A DNA stretch of 64,000 nt from the human T2T-CHM13v2.0 reference genome, Homo sapiens: assembly GCF_009914755.1 (NCBI RefSeq), contig NC_060926.1. One strand, 5' to 3'. The notes under the pieces were generated by a model. That model ran no database searches and was not told the DNA's origin. It was given only the letters and a program-made list of their open reading frames with translations. This document shows, in pieces, positions 48,107-59,545 of the stretch. Both the position numbers and the translations under genes were made by a program. Position 1 is the first letter of the stretch; the number at the start of each line of letters is the position of its first letter.

Positions 48107-48622
48107 TGTTACAAGCCCGAATGTTTCTTCCTCAAATTTATGTGTTGAAGTCCTAACCCTCAGCACCTTATAATATGACTGTATTTGGACGCTTGCTATT
48201 TATTTATTTAGAGACAGAGGTCTCACTGTGTTACTCAGGCTAATCTTGAACCCCCAACCTTAAGCGATCCTCCTGCTGTGGCCTCCCAAAGTGCTGGGAC
48301 TACAGGCACGAGCCAGCACGCCTGGCTGAGATAGGCTCTTTAAAAAGGAAATTGAGTTAATATGAGGATATTAGGGTGGTGACTAACCCACTGTGACTAT
48401 TACACTTACAGGAAGAGGAAATTAGGACAGTGTAGCAACAGTGTAAAATCAGATGAAGAAGTTAGTCATCTACAAACCAAGGAGAAAGCCCCCAGAAGAA
48501 ACCAAGCCTGCTGACGCCTTCAACTCCAACGGCAGCCTCTAGAATTGCCAGATACATTTCTGCTGTTTAAACTACTCGTTCTCTGTGGTACTTCATTATG
48601 GCAAACTTAGCAAACTGGTACA
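48107..48622 (+). mobile_element. MLT1B/C-like solo LTR interrupted by FLAM
   Basis: 'tgttac...tgttgaagtcctaaccctcagcacc...tgactgtatttgga|gagatagg.tctttaaa...ctgtggtacttcattatggca..ttagcaaactggtaca'. Confidence 0.82.
48197..48327 (-). mobile_element. FLAM/Alu monomer
   Basis: Single antisense left-arm monomer 'gagacagaggtctcactgtgttactcaggct...cctcccaaagtgctgggactacaggcacgagcc'. Confidence 0.88.
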
Positions 48623-49913
48623 CTGATTTAAAGCAGAGGCAGACTAAATCTCAGGTATCTACAATCCTTGCTCAAATTTTATTTTTAAAAATATTCTCTA
48701 ATTAAGGAAATAAGTTACAAAACAAATAGGAAAGCAGTTAGCAATTACAGAGTGAAGAAAATACTCTGAAGGAAATATTATTTTAGGATGACATCAAGTC
48801 AGATGCTACAGTTTAGCCAATGTAGATGTTAACTAATAAATGTAAATGTTCATAGTTGATCCAGGTCATGAAACTTGCCTAGCAAAAACAAAATATTATT
48901 TGAATTCTGGACTATCTGAGTAGAATTGCATTGCAAAAAAATTGTATGCTGTCAATAGGGACAGCAGTGTGAAAGAAAGCAAAACCTAGAAGTTATCAGA
49001 GAGCCAATCATGAGTCCTATGAAATGGCTAATCCTAAATTGTCACATCAGGATCATGAGTTTGGTGTTCAGTGAGTTTCTTATAAAATTGTAATAATAAA
49101 ACTTGAGCCAATGTGTGCTTCTGCATTCAAAGCTACAATTAGAGTTCTACTCTCCAAATGCACTTCTGCAAATAACCTCTCATTCATAAGCCTTCCATGA
49201 CCTTTATGTTTGAAATTAAGTCTTTTTATAGCTTTTTTCTTGCTTTAAGTGCCATTCAGCTTAAATAAAGTCAAACATTTAAAAATAATGGATTTCATCT
49301 CACAAGCTGCTGTAGTCACTTAATTCACTCACTAATTCAGTGACATTCTCATAAAAATAACTTATTTTGATATTTTAGTGTATATAAATACTGCAGCTGA
49401 CTAATGCCTACTAAAAACACATTTTCTGGGATACCAAAAAAATATGTATCATTATTTTAGGCTTTAAATGGCATATAAATGACACAAATAAATGGTTTTA
49501 TTTAGATATAGTGACATAGCTATATTAGATAAAGTGACATAGCTCACAAACAAAAGTTTGTGAGTTTGCGTAACCTATGTAATTTGTGCAGTATCGATTT
49601 CTAAAATTCAGCTGTAGAACTTGGTACTATACTTAGATTTGCTTTCTGTATTGATAAATATTGAAATTGCAATTCTCACTTAGCATTTGAAATAAAAATG
49701 ATCCCGAAGGTTCTATAATGGTTGCTTGAGCTCCTCCCTCTCAAATCTGTGTGCACTGTGCTGGGAATTCACACTTAGATATTATGGAGAATCAATTTGT
49801 AAGGGAGTAGTCTTTATTTCACTTCAATGAACTAATTTTATTTTAAATGAATGTATTGGAAAATTTGCTCAGAAAGTACTGATATATATTACATTATGAA
49901 AAAGAATATATTA

Positions 49914-50586
49914 AATCAGCACTCTGTGTCTAGCTCAGGGTTTGTAAATACACCAATCGACACTCTGTATCTAGCTAATCTAGTGGGGACGTGGAGAACT
50001 TTTGTGTCTAGCTCAGGGATTGTAAATGCACCAATCAGCACCCTGTCAAAACAGACCAATCAGTTCTCTATAAAACAGACCAATTGGCTCTCTGTAAAAT
50101 GGACCAATCAGCAGGATGTGGATGGGGCCAGATAAGAGAATAAAAGCAGGCTGCCTGAGCCAGCAGTGGCACCCTGCTCTCAGGTCCCCTTCCACAGCGT
50201 GGAAGCTTTGTTCTTTCGCTCTTTGCAATAAATCTTGCTGCTGCTCACTGCTTGGGTCCACACTGCCTTTATGAGTTGTAACACTCACCACGAAGGTCTG
50301 CAGCTCCACTCCTGAAGACAGCAAGACCACGAACCTACCGGGAGGAAAGAACAACTCCAGATGCGCCACGTTAAGAGCTGTAACACTCACTGCGAAGGTC
50401 TGCAGCTTCACTCCTGAGCCAGTGAGACCATGAACCCACCAGAAGGAAGAAACTCCGAACACATCCGAACATCAGAAGGAACAAACTCAGGACACGCCGC
50501 CTTTAAGAACTGTAACACTCACCGCGAGGGTCCCCGGCTTCATTCTTGAAGTCAGTGAGGCCAAGAACCCACCAATTCTGGACACA
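49914..50586 (+). mobile_element. LTR12 (ERV9 LTR, LTR12C/D-like), 5'-truncated solo LTR
   Basis: U3 repeats 'ctctgtgtctagctcaggg..tgtaaa..caccaatc'; U5 repeats 'gtaacactcaccgcgaaggtctgcagc' x3; 3' end 'aagaacccaccaattctggacaca'. Confidence 0.95.
49950..50235 (+). promoter_or_regulatory. LTR12 core promoter: CCAAT cluster, GATA/TATA-like box, polyA signal
   Basis: CCAAT at 49953, 50031, 50056, 50080, 50104; gataagagaataaaa at 50131-50145; AATAAA at 50227-50232; activity not demonstrable from sequence. Confidence 0.6.
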
Positions 50587-52655
50587 TTATGGTGACGTGT
50601 AATATGAGATCTTCGATGTTACTATTGCGATTGTTTTGGGGTACCATGAATCATGCCTAAATAAGACAGCAAACTTAATAAATGTGTGTGTTTTGACTGC
50701 TCCACCAATTGGCTGTTCCAACTCTCTCCTTCTCTGTCACTGTAGATCAAAAGCTAGATGTGACTAAGCTTTTCTCAGGAAGGCATGTCTACAGCTGAGA
50801 TAGATTGAAAGCTAGGCCTCTTGCACCAAATAATTAGCCAAGTTGTCAGTACAAAAGATAAGTTCTTGAAGAAAACTACAAGTGCTACTGCAAGGAACAT
50901 ACAAATGATAAGAAAGTAAACAGGCTTACTGCAGATATGGAGAAGTGTTAGTGGTTTTCATAGAAGATCAAGCCAGCCACAGCATTCCCTTAACTAAAGC
51001 TTAACTGAGAGCAACGCCCTAGTTCTCTTCAATTCTGTGAAGGCTGAGAAAGATGAAGAAGCTGCAGAAGAAAAGTCCAAAGCCAACAAAGGTTGGTTTG
51101 TGAGGTTTAAGGAAAGAAGCTATCTCTGTAACACAAGGTGAAGCCGAAAGAATTGATGCAGAAGCTACAGGAAGTTATCCAGGAGATCTAGCTAAGATCA
51201 TCGATGAAGGTAACTTTACTAAACGAGATGTTTTCAGTGTAGATGAAACAGCCTTATATTAGAAGAAGGTGCTATCTAGGACTTTCCTGGCTTCAAAAAA
51301 CAGGTTGCTCTCTTGTTGGAGGCTACTGCAGCTGGTGACTTTAGGTTGAAGCCAATGCTCATTTAACACTCAGGAAATCCTAGGGCCCTTAACAATTATG
51401 CTAAAACTGCTCTGCCTGTGCTCTATAATTGAAAAAACAAAGCCTAGTTGACTGCACATGTATTTACTGCATGGTTTACTGAATATTTTAACCCCTCTGC
51501 TGAGATCTATTCTTCAGAGATTCCTTTGAAAATATTGCTGCTTATTGGCAACGCACCTGGTCACCCAAAAGTGCTGATAGAGTTGTATAAGGAGATTAAT
51601 GGTTGTGTGTATGCATATTGATGCCTGCTACCATAACATCCATTCTGCAGCCCATGGTTCAAGGAGGAATTTTGACTTTCAAGTCTTATTATTTAACAAA
51701 TACATTTTATAAGGTAATGCTGCCATAGATAGTCATTCCTCTAATGAATCTGGGCAAAGTAAATTGAAAACTTTGTGGAAATGATTCACCATTCTAGATT
51801 TCATTACAAACATTTGTGATTCACTATAGGATGTCAAAATATCAATATCCACAGGAGTTTGGAAAAAGTTGATGCCAACGTTTATGGATGACTTTAAAGG
51901 ATTTAAGACTTCTGTGGAGGAAATAACAGCAGATGTGATGGAAATAACAAGAGAATGAGAATTAGAAGTGGAGCCTGAAGATGTAATTATATTGTTGCTA
52001 TCTTACGAAAAAACTTACATGAATAACAATATGCTTCTTACGGACAAGCAATGAAAGTGGTTTCTTGAGATGGAATCTACTCCTGGTAAAGATACTGTGA
52101 ACACTGTGGAAATAACAACAAAAGATTTAGAATATTACATAAACTTAGTTGATAAAGCAGTGGCAGGGTTTGAGAAGACTGTCTCCATATTTGAAAGAAG
52201 TTCTATTGCGGGTAAAATGCTGTCAAGCAGCACCACATTTTTACAGAAAAATATTTTGTGAAAAAAAGTACCAATCAATGCAACAAACTTCATTTCTCTC
52301 TCATTTTAATAAATTTCCACAGCCACCCTTATCCTGATCAGCAACCACGATCGTGATCAGTCAGCAGTCATCAACATAGAGGCAAAACCCTCCACCAGCA
52401 AAAAGACTGTGACTAGCTGAAGGCTCAGATGATCATTAGCAATAAAGTATTTTGAGCAATAAAGTATTTTAATTAAGATACATATATTATTTTTATACAT
52501 ACTATTGCACACTTAATAGACTACAGTATAGTGTAAACATAACTTTTATATACACTAGGAAACCAAAAAATTCATGTGACTCACTCATTTTATTGCAATA
52601 TTCACTTTATTGTGATGGTCTGGAACTGAACTCACAATATCTCTGAGGATGCCTG
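50587..52655 (+). mobile_element. Tigger1 (TcMar-Tigger) DNA transposon, left end missing, transposase disrupted
   Basis: Transposase region 'gttttcagtgtagatgaaacagcctta', 'gctactgcagctggtgactttaggttgaagccaatgctc'; right TIR 'ctctgaggatgcctg' followed by TA at 52656-52657. Confidence 0.93.
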
Positions 52656-53329
52656 TACTATGAAATCAAGAAATAAAAGATCCTCTGTTTCTGTTTATTA
52701 TTTTAGGTGCAAAGGACTTTAAGTTTAATTTATTTTTGTTATTGTATACATGTTCATCCTAAATCCTCAGTTTTGTTGTTGTTGTTGTTGTTTTTTTTGG
52801 TTTTTTTTTTTTTTGCTTTTCAACCATTACATAAGCAAATATGCAGCAGTGCCAAGGCTCACAGTGGGACCTCCACTTTCTTAATTCTTCCTGTCTAAAA
52901 CTGCACTAAGCAAATAAATATAAATTATTTTTAGTGAACAATTTTTCACCAGAACTTAGATTTCACTAAGTAGAAGTAAATTCATACCTTATTTGTGATG
53001 TTTTGAGCACAACTCACATTAAACGCCACTATAATACATATTCTACTACTCCTGGCCATTAAAGATGAGTACATAGAATAGGGACCAAGTGTTTGCAGCT
53101 AAGAGAAATTCAACTATGACCAGCAGGCCATACTAGAAGAAATATGGAAGAAGGTTGAGAAATTTTTTTTTTTTACAGTAGACATTGGAACAAGTTGTTT
53201 TTTCTTTAATTTTTATTTAACTAAAAATGCAATTTATTGGAGCCCAATTGTTCTGGAAATATTCCTAAAGTAGGTTTATCCTAATGAAGCCTCTTTCTCT
53301 CTCTTTCTCCTACTGTCTTTCTTTTAAAA

Positions 53330-53860
53330 ATGTGTTTGATCCTTGGGATACAGCAGCGAATGAGATAGAACATAACTGTTAACCTCAAGGGACTCACGGC
53401 ATTGTGTACCTAGTTTTAAAAACTGAATCCAATCAATATACAAAGATCTGAGGGTAGCAGAAAGTAAATTCTGGAGGCTACTTTTTCTTTTTATTCAATC
53501 ACTTTTATTACACCTTTTTAAAGGCCTTGAGATATCTCCTAAATGACAAATGGTTTAGACTGTCTAGATTGGATGAAAGAGGAAGCCAGAAAGGAAGGAA
53601 GGAAACAACAGACCAAGGAGGATGTATATGTTTGCTGTGGTGTTTGGATTTAATTCTGTGGGCTACTGAGAGATTTTGAATGAGGAAAATGATATGATCA
53701 ATATTCAGCATTAGAAGTATCATTTGGGTAGAGCATAAAAAAGGGTTGAAGGAGAATGTGGGTATCTTGAAGCAAGATTAGATACGAGGACATTTCAGTA
53801 ATCCAGTTCACAAAAAAGAGGGACTGATAATGAGGATAGAAGGAAAGATGCAGATGTTTG
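53330..53860 (-). mobile_element. L2 fragment, interrupted by a 157-bp duplicated segment
   Basis: 'ccttgggatacagcagcgaatgagatag...cctcaagggactcac' and 'gtttggatttaattctg...gagattttgaatgagg..aatgatatgatc..tagaagtatcatttgg'. Confidence 0.6.
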
Positions 53861-55315
53861 TGCTCTGGGCACAATGTCTTGGCTCTCCAGGACCAAGCAG
53901 ATCATTCCCCCCTGGTATGTGTGTTTGTGCATCTAGTGTTTTATATTTCATAGACCCCAGGAGGGCATGTTTGGGTAAGCAATGATTTACCTCCTGTCCC
54001 CGAGCCATGTATAATAAACCATATCTATCACCATCAATTTTCTCTGAAAAGTAGTAGGTGGATAACAGGAATGGACAGGGTTGTCCACAGATGTATTTAC
54101 GGTCATATCCTATAATAACGATATTACTCTCTAAGTCACAAACACAATCTTCATCTGACAAATAGAAAGCCAAGTGCTGTGTAATAATAATAACATACCG
54201 AACTTGCTTTGATAATAAAGTCATCTCTCTTCTTCCCACCTGGAGCAGAAATACAGATGTGTGAAAAATGTGTTCTTTCCTGCTTATTTTTCCCACTCTT
54301 CCTTACCATCCCCACATGTTTAAGAAGGGTTCTGATCCTTCCAGGGTAGAGTCAAAACCCATCATTTCTGGGAAAATACATTTTGTAATTGCTGAAAGTG
54401 TTGTATAATTTATCCATGGAATCATCTCCATTAAAAACAAACAGTGTACTGGAATAGTGTTAATTTTGATTTAGGATGAAGAAAGGAGTGGAGTTGAGAT
54501 TAAAAAAATAAAACCAAGAAAAGACTGTCATCACTATTTCATGAAAAGACCAGGAATAATCAGATCATGTAACCCATGGTTCTGGCCGCTTCATCACTTA
54601 TTGTAAACACTTTATGGTATGGTCTACTTCTAGCTTTAAATAGGCATAAAGATGGCAAAATAACTGTGCTGAGTAGCCAATCATGAAAGTAGCTTGTCAC
54701 TAGCCCTTGGACAGATGAGACATACTCTGTACTACTATAATGACATTCCCATGAGAGAATTAGCAAGCTGCTTTTCTCATATCTGTAATTCTTTCTCATA
54801 TCACATCAGTTTCCTAAGCAAATAGGGACTCAAACTTAGTCACACCATTGACCTGAACTATCTGTGGTGGGTTCACATATCAAAAGTGTGAACTGTGTAG
54901 TTTGGTCTTTTCTAGCTCTACTCATTTCCTTCATCATTTTTCTGGCCTTGTGGTTTTGCTCTCAGAGGATAAGCCCAGACCATAATTCCCTTTGTACCTT
55001 CTTGTCAAAACTTATCTAAGTTTCCATCCTTCAACTGGTTTTGTCTTGGTATATCTGATACACTAGTTCATGTAGCTGATATTGGTTTAATGTATTACTC
55101 ATTACTCATATCCCACATACCATATTAATACTTTAACAGGAGCCAGCCATGGCTTAACCCTAGCTTTAAAAACTGAATCCAATCAATATACAAAGGTCTG
55201 AGAGTAGCAGAAAGTGAATTTTGGAGGCTATTTTTTCTTTGTATTCAATCACTTTTATTACACCGTTTTTAAGGCCTTCAGATATCTCCTAAATGACAAA
55301 TAGTTTAGATTGTCT
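53409..55315 (+). repeat. 157-bp dispersed direct repeat (53409-53565 and 55159-55315)
   Basis: Ungapped alignment, 12 mismatches by my count (~92%), offset 1750 bp. Confidence 0.95.
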
Positions 55316-56769
55316 GAAATAAACTTCCTGAATAAACCTTAGACTTCCTGAAATAAACAAGGAAATGTCAGGTACTCTAGGAGGCAGATTCTGGAAACAT
55401 GTTGAGGCAGGGAGTTCACTGTCTCTGTTCCTACTTAGGTCAAGTGTGTTTAAAATGCATTTTTCTGAACTGTAGCTGAGGGAAATATCTTCATATTTTT
55501 CCAAATATAATTTTGAACACATTGTCCACAGTGACATCTTCCTGTATATCTTCTTTAACATTTCATTTTAAAAAGTGCTTTCTATAAGCCAGACACTACG
55601 TAGCTTAAAGCCATGCAAAGAAAATTATCTGGACCCTAGGAATTTACAGTTTAAGATGAAAAAATGGCAAATCTATCAGCCCAATACAGGTTGTTATACA
55701 GGATTTTGAGATTAAGAGCCTCCTGTTCCCTGTCTGACCAGGATTTTCAAAACAAGATTGTTCGGTTCTATAGATTTATGACATGGAATGAATAAAGAAC
55801 AAATAGATTTTCTCAGCCCACAAGTTCTAAATTCATGTTGAAAGAAGGAAGCCTATTCGATTATTTCTTTTCTGTCAGATTGTCAATTTTTGTACTTTTG
55901 GGTTGATTAAATTCAATACTTGAAAACTAAACATATATATATTTGAATGAAAGGGGCCAAATACACAGATTACTGTGATTTAAATTAAAATGGATTTGTT
56001 TTGCTTATTGTGTTGCATTTTCACATAAGGTTAAATTAGAATCTCTGTGAATGTTGTTTGGAATTCTCACACAAATATCTCCTATTAACCTTGACTTTCT
56101 TATTGGTTTTCAGATGGACTTTGTCAGTACGTTTTTCATGAATGCATCCTAAGAGACAAACATCTACCCTGTTATTTTCTCAGATGACTTTTGAAATGTT
56201 CACCACAACCTCTAGACATGCAGCCTCTTAGAAAAAAAATAATAATAAGGCTGTCTTCCCTAAGCTTTCTCTTTGATCAGCTCCAGACCAAGCGCTCTAT
56301 CCATCAAAAGCCTTTGTCTTTTAACTGCTCTCTACTCTTCAGTATCTTCTAAATCAATGTCAGCAAGTTGTTACTCTCACATTGAAGATGCCTAGCAGGC
56401 ATAGGCTCTGAAAATAAATGGAAAAAAAAAAGACTTTCAGAATCTCTTTTAAAAATATCTCATAGAAAAAAAAAAAAAAAACACAGGCCTGTGAAATATA
56501 ACGTACTTTTATGAAAAGAAAGAATGAATGTAATCAAATGTTGACTGTGCGATTCTAACAGCAAATGTATGAAAAGATGGAACAAAGGAGAAATAACTGT
56601 CTTGGAGAGTTTTAAGTTGGATTGGGAAAAATGAGCAGAAGTTACACAGGCTGACAAAAGAGAGAGATAATCTGCCCAATTACCAGATAAAATAGCATAG
56701 GAACAGGGTCCATAAGTTCAGAGAAATATAACTTTCTTATCTGAAATAAGTGTATGAATTAGAAAACAA

Positions 56770-57190
56770 GTAATAAGTGCTTTCTATGTGCCAGATACTC
56801 TGCAGAGCACTGAGCATAGACCAAGTAAACAATATAGATGTGGAATTGCCAGCACAGAACTTATGCTCTAGCTGATATTGTCAGAAGTCAGATATTAAAT
56901 AATCACTAGTAACTAACAATAAAACTACTAGTGTGCGAAGTATCATAAAGGAGTACAAGATGATAGAAGACTTTATGTTTGAGGGACTGAATAAAGGCCA
57001 GTGAAAGGAGGGAGAGCTGTGGAGAAGGACAGATCTGAGCCTAAGATATTTGCCAGGGACCAGGGCATGCTAATCTTTCTTACATATTTTGGAATGTATT
57101 CTAATTATAACAGGTAACCTTTCTGAGGATTAAACACAGCAAGAACCTGATTAGATATGTGTAAGGTTGGAGATAAAGTTAGAAAACTGA
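56770..57190 (-). mobile_element. L2 fragment
   Basis: 'aagtgctttctatgtgccagatactctgcagagcactgag...cacagaacttatgctctag'. Confidence 0.6.
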
Positions 57191-59545
57191 ATTTTGATAA
57201 GCAGGCTTCAGTTCTGCCCCACCTCCCTTGACATTAATAGTCTATTACTTGGGCCTTGGTCTCATAATGCTTAAAATGGGATAATGCTGTGTAGGTCATA
57301 AGAGATCATGCAAGTAAAAGTTGCATTCAGTGTGTACATATGTGTCAGGGACATAAGCCACAAAAGGACCCATGACCTAGGCATCAAACCTAGACCTGTC
57401 TAATCCCACAATGCAGGGGTTGAACTATTATGCAATACAGTCTTTTAAGAATAAATTAGCTTTCTTTTTTAAAATTAATCTTGAATTTTAAACTTAATCT
57501 TTAAACTTAAAATTTAAACTCAACCATATAGACCTTCCTACTACTTTGATTTTATCTTTCATCAAAATGTAATTTTTTACTTCCAGTATTCCCATTAGAG
57601 TAATTTTTTTTCAGTTTATGAGGTCTTCCGCTTCTTTTAGGGCTTTATAAAGGTTGCAGCTCTATGTATGATAAACATTTGTTCAATTTGACAAAACAAT
57701 TCTGGCAAGCAACTGTTTTCATGGTCTAGTTAGTAGTACCTATTTTGAAACCTTCTTAAGGGGCAAACATAATTCCTCCATCTAAGAATTGTCTTCTCAG
57801 CTCTTTTAGTGTCTCCATTTTTCCTATATCTAAAACAGTTTCTTAGACATCGAAATCTGTAAAATGCAATAGAGATTTCCTTCACTGAGGGATGACAAAT
57901 CTGCCTTATGACACTTATTCCTCAGCTAGAAAGAGTAATGGCATCCTTTCATTTATTTCAAATGACTCCTGTTGTTGCAGGGGTGAGGATGCACATTGCT
58001 GCTGGTGAGGGTACTGATTTTGTGACATAGCATCAGTGGTAAGGGATTAGCCTGTTCAATATCAGAGTCTTAAGAGACAGACTGTTGTGTATATTTCCCA
58101 CCATAGGCGATGAATTGTCCCTGTTGCTTTGCTATTGAAAGGGAACAATTCTTTCACTGTTCATTCTACCTTTAATGTTATTGGTTTATCTGGGTTAATG
58201 AGATGTTAATGAAGTTATAGGCAAGGTCCTCGAGATTTCATTCATAACTTAAAAGGCTAATAATAGGTAGTTTTTCTTTATAATTTTTATTGAGACATAA
58301 CTAATATACAAAAGATCACACGCACTAAATATAGACATTTTGTTAAGTTTAGATACATGCATACACCCATGATACCATCACCACAACTAAGGTACAGAAC
58401 ATATTTATCACCTGCAGAAAATTTCCTTGTGTTCTTCTGTGTGTCTTTTTTTTCTGTTTTTTTTTTTTTTTTTTTTTTTGTAATTGGTAAGAACACTTAA
58501 CATGAGATCTATCCTAGTTAAATATTTAAAGTGCACAAAACCCTGTTGTTATCTGTAGGTACTATACTGAAGAACAGGTAGCTCTCTAGAATGCATTCAG
58601 CTTGCGTAACTGAAACTTTATACATATTGAGCAACAACTGCCCTTTAATGCCTTTCCCAGGGCCTGATAATCACCATTCTATTATTGGCTTCTGTAAATT
58701 TGACTATTTAAAATACCTGACATAGTGGAAAAATGCAGTATTTGCCTTCTTGTGACTGATCACTCAGCACAATGTCCTCTGCGTTTATCCATGTTGTTGC
58801 AAATGGTATGATTTCCTTCTTTCCTAAGGCTGAATAATATTCTATTGTATGTATATGCTACATTTTCTTTATTCATTCTTTGATGCACATTTGCATTGTT
58901 TCCATATTTTGGCTATTGCAAATCACACTGCAGTGAACATATGAACACAGATATGGCTTTGAGATTCTGGTTTCAATGGTTTGCAATTTAATCCAGAGGT
59001 AAGATTGCCAGATCACATAGTAGTGCTATAATTAGTTTTTTGATGAACCTCTATACTGTTTTTCATGATGGTGTACCATTTTACATTTCCAACAAAAGTG
59101 TGTAAGAATTCCAAAAACTACATATCGTCACCAACAGTTATTGGTGCTTTTCTTGTTGTCGTTTCTTTAAATAATACTAATCTTAATATTGTTAGGTTAT
59201 ATTTCATTGTAGCTTTGATCTGCATTTCCCTGATGAGTAGTGATATTGAGCATCCATTAATATACCTGGTTTCCATTCATATGTCTTCTTTGGAGAAATG
59301 TCTATTCAAGTTTCTTGCCCATTTTTAATTGGGTTATTTGGTTTTGTTTTTTTCGTCTTGACTTGTAGGAGATTCTTATATATTTTGGAATATTGACCCC
59401 TTATCAGATACGTGGTTTGCAAATATTTTATGTCATTCTGTAGGTTGTTTTTACTCTGATGATTTCCTTTGCTGTAAAGGAGCTTTTGATTTTTATGTAG
59501 TCTCACATGTCTATTTTTGGTTTTGTTGCCTGTACTTCTTTTGTC

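Noticed and set aside
50046-50462. 138-aa ORF with internal repeats
   Set aside because: Antisense translation of LTR12 U5 repeats
50270-50560. Regularly spaced repeats resembling a CRISPR-like array
   Set aside because: Intrinsic LTR12 U5 tandem units in eukaryotic DNA; spacers are themselves homologous and there are no cas genes
50750-52260. Possible domesticated Tigger transposase
   Set aside because: Multiple stops and frameshifts, and the start region appears deleted; only short ORFs remain
53808-54296. Longest ORF (162 aa, minus strand)
   Set aside because: Non-ATG start, no recognisable family; lies in probable decayed repeat sequence
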